This document shows, piece after piece, positions 56,872 through 64,000 of a stretch of 64,000 nt of DNA. A model generated the notes under the pieces. The model did no database searches and was not told the origin of the DNA. It saw nothing but the letters and a program-made list of their open reading frames with translations. Position 1 is the stretch's first letter. Every line of letters starts with the position of its first letter. The stretch spans positions 17,664 through 81,663 of the forward strand of contig CAYUWD010000003.1 of the NCBI GenBank assembly GCA_964448235.1, written 5' to 3'. The position numbers and the translations under genes were made by a program. Source of the DNA: an uncultured Bacteroidales bacterium (GTDB lineage Bacteria > Bacteroidota > Bacteroidia > Bacteroidales > ML635J-15).

Positions 56872-58194
56872 TTATTTAATCAATGTCCCTTTTAATGTTG
56901 CTGAACTAACCTCATTTATCTTCACTAATACAAAATCACCTTTCTTTACATTTTCTGCAGGAAATACGACAACTTTATTTTGCAATGTTCTGCCAAATAA
57001 AAAATCATTTGAGCGTTTAGAACATCCTTCAACAAGAACTTCATAAGTTTTTCCAATATCAGCACGATTTTTCTTTAAAGATATTTCATTTTGAAGTTTT
57101 ATCATTCTGTTTAAACGTTCTACTTTTACCTTTTCAGATACATCGTCAATTAGTTTTTGAGATGCTGCCGTACCTGGTCGCACAGAATATTTAAACATAA
57201 AAGCAGAATCATACTCAACCATTTTCATCAAATCTAATGTCTCCTGAAAGTCGGTTTCTGTTTCACCAGAAAATCCACAAAAAATATCAGAAGACAATCC
57301 ACAATCAGGAATTGTTTTTTTAATTTTATCCATACGTTCGAGATACCATTCTCTGGTATATTTACGATTCATATTTTTTAATACACTATTACTCCCTGAT
57401 TGAACAGGAAGATGAATATGATTACAAATGTTATCATATTTTGCTATTGCTTCTATCAGTTGATCAGATATATCTTTTGGATGAGAAGTTGTAAATCGTA
57501 CTCGCATATCAGGAACTTTTTCAGCAACCATAGATATCAACTTAGGAAAATCAACTTTAATGTTGTTATTTTGAAAACAATAAGAGTTTACATTTTGTCC
57601 TAAAAGTGTGACTTCTTTAAAACCTTGTTCCTGCAGACTTGCGACTTCTTTTAAAATATCCAAATAAGAGCTACTTCTTTCTCTTCCACGCGTATAAGGT
57701 ACAATACAATAAGAACAAAAATTGTTACAACCACGTGTTATTGAAATAAATCCAGAAATATCATCATTATGAAATTTATGTTGAATAATTCCTGAATATG
57801 TCTCATCAATATTAAAATTCGTATCTATGGTTTTATGATTCTTATATGTTTCGTTAACTATATACGGCAAATTTCTATATGCATCCGGACCTACGACAAA
57901 ATCAACAGCTTCATGTTCCAGTAGTTTTTTTGCTGCCCTTTGAGCCATACAACCAATTATTCCAACTTTAATGTTTTTTTTTCGTCTTTTGAGTCCCTTC
58001 AAAAAATCAAGTCTATTCCAAATTTTTTGCTCCGCATTTTCACGCACAGAACATGTATTTAACATTATTATGTCTGCATCATTAATTTTGATTACAGGCT
58101 CAATTTCTTTTGATTTCATTATAGATGCAACCGTTTCAGAGTCTGCAACATTCATTTGACATCCATAAGTTTCAATATATACTTTCTTATTCAT
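56872..58194 (-). CDS. miaB: tRNA-2-methylthio-N6-dimethylallyladenosine synthase
   Basis: KVYIETYGCQMNVADSE, radical-SAM motif CNNFCSYCIVP, and a TRAM-like C-terminus. ATG at 58194 preferred; the ORF track starts 4 codons upstream at 58206. Confidence 0.93.
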   Translation of the reverse strand: MNKKVYIETYGCQMNVADSETVASIMKSKEIEPVIKINDADIIMLNTCSVRENAEQKIWNRLDFLKGLKRRKKNIKVGIIGCMAQRAAKKLLEHEAVDFVVGPDAYRNLPYIVNETYKNHKTIDTNFNIDETYSGIIQHKFHNDDISGFISITRGCNNFCSYCIVPYTRGRERSSSYLDILKEVASLQEQGFKEVTLLGQNVNSYCFQNNNIKVDFPKLISMVAEKVPDMRVRFTTSHPKDISDQLIEAIAKYDNICNHIHLPVQSGSNSVLKNMNRKYTREWYLERMDKIKKTIPDCGLSSDIFCGFSGETETDFQETLDLMKMVEYDSAFMFKYSVRPGTAASQKLIDDVSEKVKVERLNRMIKLQNEISLKKNRADIGKTYEVLVEGCSKRSNDFLFGRTLQNKVVVFPAENVKKGDFVLVKINEVSSATLKGTLIK

Positions 58195-58217
58195 TAATAA
58201 ATACAAATTACAAGCTC

Positions 58218-58225
58218 CAAAGATA
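58218..58225 (-). promoter_or_regulatory. Candidate -7 box (TATCTTTG on the minus strand) for miaB
   Basis: Plus-strand caaagata, 24 nt upstream of the ATG at 58194. Confidence 0.3.
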
Positions 58226-58376
58226 CTAATAAATCCGCTCCACAGGTTTTCTAAAATATTAAAATATAAGTTTCAATCTTCTAAACATACAAAAAAATAT
58301 CAACCCAAGAAATAGAGTTAAACATTAATGAAATATTATTTTTAAATTAATTTTAATAATATTCCTAATATTTCCT

Positions 58377-58384
58377 TATTTTTG
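58377..58384 (+). promoter_or_regulatory. Candidate -7 box (TATTTTTG)
   Basis: TAnnTTTG match 23 nt upstream of the ATG at 58407. Confidence 0.35.
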
Positions 58385-58406
58385 ATAAAATCTAAAATAA
58401 AAAACT

Positions 58407-59354
58407 ATGAAAAAAACTATTTTATTTTTATTAACAGGAATCACTTTGATTGGAGCTTATGCACAAGGTGCAGGAAACTGGGCTTATCAAAATAAAAAAA
58501 CAAAATCGACAGAATATGATTATGCATATGAGACATTCGGTGGAGTTGAACAAAACAATGCAAACCTATATCAATCAAATCAATATTATAATTATTATAC
58601 AGCTAACGACACTGTCATTCATATTGAAGTAAAAGCCTTAATGAATGTTAAACCTGACACATATATTTTAATTCTAGGCTTATCTCAAATATCAGAAAAT
58701 CTGGAAACATGTTTTGAGCTTATTGATCAACGAATTGCAAGTTTTGTTAGTGAAGGTAATATTGGCTCTGAAAATGTATATATTGATTTTGTTTCACAAA
58801 CGCCAATTTTTGCGAGAGAAAAAGAGAAAAAGATTTTTAGTAAAAAATACGTAGAAGTACCAAAGGGTTTTGAAATCAAGAAAAACATACACATAAAATT
58901 TTCTGAAAGAGAATTAGCCGATAAGTATTTAAAACTTGCTGCTAAAAATGAAATATACGATATAATTCGTGTTGATTACATTGTAAATGATCATAAATCA
59001 GTTTACGACACCTTACGTAACGAATGCATCAATTTAATAAATAAATATATTACAGATTACAAAAAAATGGGAATTACTTTTGAAGCTATATACAAATCTA
59101 TGGAAGAGTCTAACTCATGTACTTATCCAATATCAAGATATTCATCCTTTTCTTCGTATATGCCAACAAATTATGACCCCCTTAAAGGTGGTGAAGAAGA
59201 TATGAATCTTGTAAACCCAAACGAACAAATTAATCTTTTTTATAATCGTTTACCCTATAATTATTATGATATAATTCTTAATGCTGATATTGTAGAGCCT
59301 GTTGTACAATTTTCACAAAGCGTAAAAATTAAGTTTGTATTAAAGAAAAACTAG
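58407..59354 (+). CDS. Hypothetical secreted protein (possibly SIMPL/DUF541-like)
   Basis: Signal peptide MKKTILFLLTGITLIGAYAQ. The segment IHIEVKALMNVKPDTYILILGLSQ weakly resembles SIMPL-type domains. I recognised no firm family. Confidence 0.55.
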   Translation: MKKTILFLLTGITLIGAYAQGAGNWAYQNKKTKSTEYDYAYETFGGVEQNNANLYQSNQYYNYYTANDTVIHIEVKALMNVKPDTYILILGLSQISENLETCFELIDQRIASFVSEGNIGSENVYIDFVSQTPIFAREKEKKIFSKKYVEVPKGFEIKKNIHIKFSERELADKYLKLAAKNEIYDIIRVDYIVNDHKSVYDTLRNECINLINKYITDYKKMGITFEAIYKSMEESNSCTYPISRYSSFSSYMPTNYDPLKGGEEDMNLVNPNEQINLFYNRLPYNYYDIILNADIVEPVVQFSQSVKIKFVLKKN

Positions 59355-59394
59355 TAAAAATAAGATGTTTTTGCATATATAAATTAATATTGTA

Positions 59395-60372
59395 ATGATT
59401 GAAATAAGCACTATAAAAAAATATATCAAAGAATTTAAGAATAAAAAAGTTCTAATCATTGGCGATGTAATGGTTGATGCATACATGTGGGGCAAAGTAA
59501 ATCGAATATCTCCTGAAGCACCTATCCCAATAGTTTCTGTTAGAGAGCGTGATTATCGTCTGGGAGGAGCAGCAAATGTTGCTCTTAATGTTTCTGCCTT
59601 AGGTGCCGAGGCTATTTTATGCTCAGTTATTGGTAAAGATGAAAAAGGAGAAGTGTTTTGTTCTCTTCTTAAAAATCAAAATCTTAGTTCAGAAGGAATT
59701 ATTAAATCCAACAATCGTAGAACTACAGTAAAAACCCGAATTATAAGCAACGGACAACATCTTTTAAGAGTTGATGAGGAAGATTCACATACTCTTGACT
59801 CTAAACATAATTCTTATTTATTAGAAAAAATAACTTATTTAGTTAACAAATATGAGTTTGATGTCATTATTTTTGAAGACTATGATAAAGGAGTACTAAA
59901 TAAAGTTTTAATAAATCAAATTACAAAGCTTGCAAAAGATAAAAAGATCTTTACAGCTGTTGATCCAAAAAGAAACAACTTTCTTGATTATAAAAATTGC
60001 AACTTGTTTAAACCAAACCTAAAAGAATTTAGCGAAGGGATTAATGCAAACATTAAAAATAGTAATATTACCAAATTAGAAAGTTCTGCTAGTCAATTTA
60101 TTTCTGAGCAAAACATTGATATTTTATTGATTACATTATCTGAAAAAGGCGTATTTATTGCAGATAAGAAAGAAATGTTACACTTTCCAGCTGAAATAAG
60201 AGACATATCAGATGTTTCAGGAGCAGGAGACACTGTAATTAGCATCGCTAGTCTGCTTTTAGCATCAGGGGCAAATTTATCTGAAATTGCTCAAATAGCG
60301 AATATAGCAGGAGGTATAGTGTGTGAAAAAACAGGAGTAGTTCCTATAAATCCAAACGAGTTGTTTTTTTAA
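59395..60372 (+). CDS. PfkB-family sugar kinase, RfaE domain-I-like (D-glycero-beta-D-manno-heptose-7-phosphate kinase)
   Basis: VLIIGDVMVDAYMWGKVNRISPEAPIPIV, RLGGAANVA, and DVSGAGDT motifs. 325 aa, with no adenylyltransferase domain. Confidence 0.8.
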   Translation: MIEISTIKKYIKEFKNKKVLIIGDVMVDAYMWGKVNRISPEAPIPIVSVRERDYRLGGAANVALNVSALGAEAILCSVIGKDEKGEVFCSLLKNQNLSSEGIIKSNNRRTTVKTRIISNGQHLLRVDEEDSHTLDSKHNSYLLEKITYLVNKYEFDVIIFEDYDKGVLNKVLINQITKLAKDKKIFTAVDPKRNNFLDYKNCNLFKPNLKEFSEGINANIKNSNITKLESSASQFISEQNIDILLITLSEKGVFIADKKEMLHFPAEIRDISDVSGAGDTVISIASLLLASGANLSEIAQIANIAGGIVCEKTGVVPINPNELFF

Positions 60373-60376
60373 ACAC

Positions 60377-61096
60377 TTAATTTTTTGATTTTAATATTTG
60401 TCTAAAATAATCTAAATCTTCTGTGAATGTAATTTTTATATTATTTATATCTCCTTCAACAATATAAATAGGTTGTTCCGGATAAACTCTATTAATTATA
60501 CTACAATCGTCTGTCTGTTTAAATCTATTTACTTTTTCTAATTTCTGATAGGCAGAATATATTAAGTCAAAATCAAATCCTTGAGGTGTTTGTGCCTTAT
60601 AGAGTTTTTTTCTATCTGGGATAGAAATTAGTTGATTATATCCATCAGTAATATATATCGTATCCGTTGTTGACAATGCCACAGAAACAGCTTTACTATT
60701 CTGCAGTTCATCAATAACATTATCAATAATTTTTGATTTTGTATTTGGTCTTACTGCATCTTGAATCAAGACTTTAATATTATTACAATCTTTTTCAAGA
60801 TTTGCAATTTGCTTTAATCCAATAAAAGATGATTCTCCTCTACTATTTCCACCTTCGATAACTGAAATAACTTTTTTAAATTTAGTCGATTTTGCAATTT
60901 GCATAGTCCTTTGAATATGTTCAGGATTACTTACAATTATAATTTTATCAATTGCTTCATGCTTATCAAAATTTGTAATACAATAATCCAAGATTGTTTT
61001 TCCATACACATCAGCAAATTGTTTTGGCAAATTATTTCCAAATCTATTTCCTGTGCCCCCAGATAATATTAATGCATAAACTATGCTTTCTTTCAT
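60377..61096 (-). CDS. ispD: 2-C-methyl-D-erythritol 4-phosphate cytidylyltransferase (IspD-family)
   Basis: ALILSGGTGNRFGNNLPKQF, VLIQDAVRP, and QTPQGF motifs; 239 aa. Confidence 0.8.
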   Translation of the reverse strand: MKESIVYALILSGGTGNRFGNNLPKQFADVYGKTILDYCITNFDKHEAIDKIIIVSNPEHIQRTMQIAKSTKFKKVISVIEGGNSRGESSFIGLKQIANLEKDCNNIKVLIQDAVRPNTKSKIIDNVIDELQNSKAVSVALSTTDTIYITDGYNQLISIPDRKKLYKAQTPQGFDFDLIYSAYQKLEKVNRFKQTDDCSIINRVYPEQPIYIVEGDINNIKITFTEDLDYFRQILKSKN

Positions 61097-61123
61097 AAAT
61101 TTATGATAAAGTATAAGAAAAAG

Positions 61124-61144
61124 AAAGCTCCTTCACAGAGCTTT
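61124..61144 (-). terminator. Terminator of gcvH
   Basis: aaagctc / gagcttt 7-bp stem with a 7-nt loop. On the minus strand it is followed by ctttttctt. Confidence 0.55.
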
Positions 61145-61167
61145 TCTATAATATTTTTTAGAATTGA

Positions 61168-61548
61168 TTAATCTTTTGCAATTTCAGTATATGCAGCATT
61201 ATTTAATAATGCATTTACTTCATCAGGATTTACTAATTTTATTTTAATAAGCCATCCCTCACCATAACAATCCTTATTTACTAAAGCAGGATCATCAAGT
61301 ACTGCTTCGTTTACTTCAATTACTTCACCCTCAACAGGCATATAAGAATCTGATACGGTTTTAACTGCTTCAATTGTTCCAAAAGATTCTCCTTTTTCAA
61401 GAGTTTCTCCTTCTGTCTCAATTTCGACAAAAACAATATCTCCAAGATGAGTTGCTGCAAATTCAGTAATTCCTACAAAAGCCTCACCTCCTTCAACACG
61501 TAACCACTCATGTGATTCTGTGTACTTTAAATTTTCTGGAAAATTCAT
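61168..61548 (-). CDS. gcvH: Glycine cleavage system protein H
   Basis: YTESHEWLRVEG, the lipoyl-lysine motif IEAVKTVSD, and GEGWLIKI; 126 aa. Confidence 0.95.
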   Translation of the reverse strand: MNFPENLKYTESHEWLRVEGGEAFVGITEFAATHLGDIVFVEIETEGETLEKGESFGTIEAVKTVSDSYMPVEGEVIEVNEAVLDDPALVNKDCYGEGWLIKIKLVNPDEVNALLNNAAYTEIAKD

Positions 61549-61607
61549 TGCAAATATTTTTAGTTTTATTTATTATTATTAAACACTCAAAGTAAACAAT
61601 TTTTTCT

Positions 61608-64000
61608 TTAAGATGCAAGAGTAAATCTCAGGCTAACTCCAAAATTTGTATTAGATGTTGGATAAGTAATATTTAATGTTGGTCGATTTATTACCTGATC
61701 ATAAAAAAGTCTCAAATTAAATCTATTGCTTAACACATAGTCTGCAGAGGTTTTAATAGTAAATGTTTTTTGTCCGGCAGTTGGTTGATTAAATCCTTCT
61801 TCAAGTTTCCTGATTACCGTTAAACTATTCCTTATTGAGAAATCGAATCTAACATTAAGATCACTTTTAAAATTTCTTTGTCTACCTCCGGTTTTTATAG
61901 TTATTTCGACGTCTTTAAATCGATATCCTGTACCAATAATAAACTCATCATTTTTCAACTCTGTAAGCTGATTATTACTAAAGCTCATATTTAAGTTTCT
62001 ATTCTTTTTTATTTCTACTTTTGCTATATAACTATTTATCATAGTCATGTCAATAGAAATAAGTGGTGAGAATTGTTCGGTAATACTAATACCATTAATT
62101 TGATATTTTGAATAATAATTTTCCAATTCATCACGTACTATATTAAAGCCATCTCGTTCGTCATATTCATTAGACAATCTTGTCTGATATGAACCAATAT
62201 TAAATGTTGATCTATATACATGATTTAAATTAACAGATCGAAATATTTTAGCCAGTTTTGGTATTTTTGATAATCCATCATAAGTAATACGCCAATTTGG
62301 TAAAGCACTTAAAATAGATGGGAATGTTTCTAAACTAACATCTGAAGCAGATTTATTTGTATATGCAGCAAGGAATGCAGGAATAAGAACATCCTGAGAA
62401 GTTTTACCATATCCTGATGGGAATCCATAAGTATCAACATTTGCAGGATCATAATCTGGCCGCTGAGAAGCTAATCTATTAGCTACAACTAACCTATTCT
62501 CATCAAACTTTGTAAATGTTGCCGAGGAATAATCTCCATCTCCCTTCATTGGCTCAAATGCTGTCCCCCAAGAAATAATGGACATAGAGAAACTACCATT
62601 GATTGTTGGATTCATTTCCATAAATCTATCATCTCCATATATTGTATCATATCCATATCTATAATATAGATTTTTATTTTCACTAAACGTATGAGTAAGA
62701 TTTAAATCGACTCTTAAATCTCTTACCGGTTCTAATGAAGCACGAACATTCCAACTACGATTATGGGTTTGCATAAATGGTTGAACATTCGTAGTATCTC
62801 TGGTAACAACATTATTTGCAATTGCCCAATCTCCAAAACCAATATCCTGCCATCCCATAACAAATGGTATTGTTGGTGTTTGAACAGTTGATTGAGGTCC
62901 AAACATATCAGCATCAGCTGTATAGTTTGTCATACCCATAATATATGTTGAAGGCATATATCCAGGTAATAATGTTCCATTTGTTTCGGTAAAACCAATC
63001 GAAATATTTTTAACACTCATAACAGCAACAAGAGTATTATCAACAATAATTTTCGCAATAGACTCTTTCTTTTCTCTTTTTCCTGTAACTAACAGTACTA
63101 CATCTTCTGCACTTTCTTTTGGTGTAAAAGCTGCTCTATCCTCATCAATAACTCTAATTTCGCCCTGAATATCTTTACCTTCTAATGTTGTTGCAGTAAT
63201 TGTAACGTCTTCTGTTTTCAGTTTATGGGTTATTTTCTTTTCTTTATCTGCTTTGATATTCGACACCTGTTTTTCAAAAGTAACGGTTTCGATTTCTTTC
63301 TTTGGCTTCCTTCTGGATCTTCGTCCTCTATATTTTTTATTTACTTTTTCAAGATAATCTATTTTATTATATAAATTTAACAAATTAAATTGAGTATTTA
63401 AAGACATAGAATTACCATTTTGCAAAGTATTTCCCAACTTCAAAGTATCTGCCGTAATTGGACCTGCAGTCCAGTCATATGTTCCTGAATATCTTGCATT
63501 CGCAGTAATCCAATTAAGTAAAGGGATTTTATTAATTGGCAAATTATATGTTGCATTCCACTGATGATGATATTGAGTATTCCGTCCAAAACTTCTCAAA
63601 TTATCTAAAATAGTATCTCTTTTTTGTTCGTAAAGTGGGTCTTCTTTATATATACGTCCCTGAGGCTCATCAATACGAGCATTATTTGTTGCTGAAAAAT
63701 CAAATTTTAAATTTTTAGATAAATTATATTTAAAATCATATTGACGAATCCAATTAAAATCTTTCCTAACACTAACTGGTAAGGGTAAAGATGTATTATA
63801 AATATTTCGAAGTTGAGTCTCTCCGTATTGACGATTAATATTTGTTCGAAATGACAACTGGGAAGGCAAAAAATAGAAATTAAAATCCTTTAGTATTTTA
63901 AATGCTTTTTTATTAAACAATTTAACCTTTTTAAATGGCTCAACCATTTTTGGTGTTGCATTATAATTATAAAAGACAGCACCGGTATATATTTTATTTG
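61608..64000 (-). CDS. sprA: SprA/Sov-like T9SS outer-membrane translocon, C-terminal part (5' end outside the window)
   Basis: The frame stays open upstream of the ATG at 63947 to the window edge, so the gene is partial. About 780 aa of beta-rich sequence with SprA-like segments (YHHQWNATYNLPINKIPLLNWITANARYSGTYDWTAGP). Family assignment is from memory only. Confidence 0.6.
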   Translation of the reverse strand, partial: NKIYTGAVFYNYNATPKMVEPFKKVKLFNKKAFKILKDFNFYFLPSQLSFRTNINRQYGETQLRNIYNTSLPLPVSVRKDFNWIRQYDFKYNLSKNLKFDFSATNNARIDEPQGRIYKEDPLYEQKRDTILDNLRSFGRNTQYHHQWNATYNLPINKIPLLNWITANARYSGTYDWTAGPITADTLKLGNTLQNGNSMSLNTQFNLLNLYNKIDYLEKVNKKYRGRRSRRKPKKEIETVTFEKQVSNIKADKEKKITHKLKTEDVTITATTLEGKDIQGEIRVIDEDRAAFTPKESAEDVVLLVTGKREKKESIAKIIVDNTLVAVMSVKNISIGFTETNGTLLPGYMPSTYIMGMTNYTADADMFGPQSTVQTPTIPFVMGWQDIGFGDWAIANNVVTRDTTNVQPFMQTHNRSWNVRASLEPVRDLRVDLNLTHTFSENKNLYYRYGYDTIYGDDRFMEMNPTINGSFSMSIISWGTAFEPMKGDGDYSSATFTKFDENRLVVANRLASQRPDYDPANVDTYGFPSGYGKTSQDVLIPAFLAAYTNKSASDVSLETFPSILSALPNWRITYDGLSKIPKLAKIFRSVNLNHVYRSTFNIGSYQTRLSNEYDERDGFNIVRDELENYYSKYQINGISITEQFSPLISIDMTMINSYIAKVEIKKNRNLNMSFSNNQLTELKNDEFIIGTGYRFKDVEITIKTGGRQRNFKSDLNVRFDFSIRNSLTVIRKLEEGFNQPTAGQKTFTIKTSADYVLSNRFNLRLFYDQVINRPTLNITYPTSNTNFGVSLRFTLAS

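Noticed and set aside
1-64000. Search for mobile-element or genomic-island hallmarks (integrase, transposase, tRNA attachment sites, long terminal inverted repeats), CRISPR arrays, toxin-antitoxin pairs and rRNA/tRNA genes.
   Set aside because: No ORF product resembles a recombinase, transposase or Cas protein. No tRNA-like or rRNA-like sequence was noticed in the intergenic regions. Apart from the visibly more GC-rich giant adhesin gene, the window reads as uniformly AT-rich core chromosome.

Overview
AT-rich chromosomal segment from a Bacteroidota-type bacterium. Supporting evidence: T9SS cargo with type-A and type-B C-terminal sorting domains, PorP/SprF, GldH, a SprA-like gene, TAnnTTTG -7 promoter boxes, and an atp operon without atpD/atpC. 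About 50 tightly packed CDS, mostly core genes (polA, xth, hemW, holB, trmB, atpBEFHAG, metK, lysC, upp, hflX, miaB, ispD, gcvH). I saw no rRNA, tRNA, CRISPR array, integrase or transposase. Items worth a second look: (1) a single 795-aa ORF made of two complete, mutually diverged phosphoglycerate kinase modules, with a third divergent PGK-like paralog lacking the FGTAHR motif 3.7 kb away; together they bracket a TonB-dependent receptor / T9SS-cargo pair. (2) Two giant modular T9SS adhesins; one is followed by PorP/SprF and a Gly-rich fibre-like protein. (3) A Cys/His-rich protein + TonB-dependent receptor + exported HMA protein + membrane AraC regulator, a putative metal-acquisition locus. 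(4) A candidate SAM-II-like pseudoknot riboswitch in an unusually long metK leader. (5) Two tonB paralogs flanking an EamA transporter, each with a long leader carrying an identical GC-rich 21-mer. All calls come from by-eye motif reading of the supplied ORFs and sequence; no searches were run.
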